Source: a virus
Strand: one strand, 5' to 3'
Length of the DNA: 64,000 nucleotides
IMG/VR virus record: IMGVR_UViG_3300006919_000045
Span: 1 to 64,000 of that record
Made by a program: the position numbers and the translations under genes. This document shows positions 63,642 to 64,000 of this stretch, one piece after another (position 1 is the stretch's first letter; every line of letters starts with the position of its first letter). The notes under the pieces were generated by a model. That model had not been told where the DNA came from, did not search any database, and saw nothing but the letters and a program-made list of their open reading frames with translations.

Positions 63642-63944
63642 ATGGAACTACATAATGCTCCAGAGGTTTTTGAAAGAGTCGTACACTACGATGAAGATAA
63701 ACAAATACAAATACGACTAACAGTAAATTGTTTTCGTGGTATCGAATACTTGCATCTACGCAAGTACTATATGGACTTTGAAGAAGAATGGAAACCTAGT
63801 AATGAAGGTATTGCCATGCCCCTCGACCTTACTAATAGTAGAGAACTATTTTGCGGGTTGGTAGAAATTTTAAGTCTTGCAGAAAGCAAAGAGATCATAG
63901 AAGAGCATTTTTCCGATCTTATCCAGGACATTTATACAAAATAG
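63642..63944 (+). CDS. PC4/p15-like ssDNA-binding protein
   Basis: FRGIEYLHLRKYY....WKPS.EGI. Confidence 0.85.
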   Translation: MELHNAPEVFERVVHYDEDKQIQIRLTVNCFRGIEYLHLRKYYMDFEEEWKPSNEGIAMPLDLTNSRELFCGLVEILSLAESKEIIEEHFSDLIQDIYTK

Positions 63945-63947
63945 TTC

Positions 63948-63976
63948 TTGACTTTTCTTTCTTCTTTCTGTATAAT
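63948..63976 (+). promoter_or_regulatory. Early promoter
   Basis: TTGACT-17-TATAAT. Confidence 0.8.
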
Positions 63977-64000
63977 ATATGGTCTGAGTGGGAGAAAGTA

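Noticed and set aside
1-64000. Prophage or host chromosome flank
   Set aside because: No integrase or att site was seen; host-like genes are embedded among phage genes and phage-type promoters.

Overview
This 64-kb window is part of a lytic T5-like (Demerecviridae-type) siphophage, probably infecting a marine gammaproteobacterium (inferred from AOX, IscU/IscA, TorF porin, a Pseudomonas-type parS site and cyanophage/pelagiphage-style fibre modules). Bases 1-44.9 kb are the minus-strand late region in T5 gene order: modular fibres, a giant pb3-like tail tip, Dit, tape measure, tail chaperones with a probable +1 frameshift, tail tube, head-tail joining genes, a protease-capsid fusion, portal, HNH, TerL, spanins, an EF-hand holin candidate, a cluster of ultra-basic proteins and TerS. 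Bases 45-47.2 kb hold a C5 methylase and a Pho-box-driven porin plus PiT-like transporter. Bases 47.2-50.5 kb are a GC-richer pre-early (first-step-transfer-like) block (A2-like protein, HAD phosphatase, PPK2) ending in a gene-free, injection-stop-like array with parS, IHF, repeats and three leftward promoters. Bases 50.5-64 kb are early genes behind sigma70-consensus promoters: S21, an ArfA-motif protein, MazG-like, Hsp20, two endolysins, AOX, IscU/IscA, D2, D3 and PC4. The most striking items are a ~680-nt pseudoknot-rich noncoding transcription unit (52.75-53.43 kb) and a second structured noncoding element (54.36-54.73 kb). All calls come from motif recognition by eye; no database searches were run.
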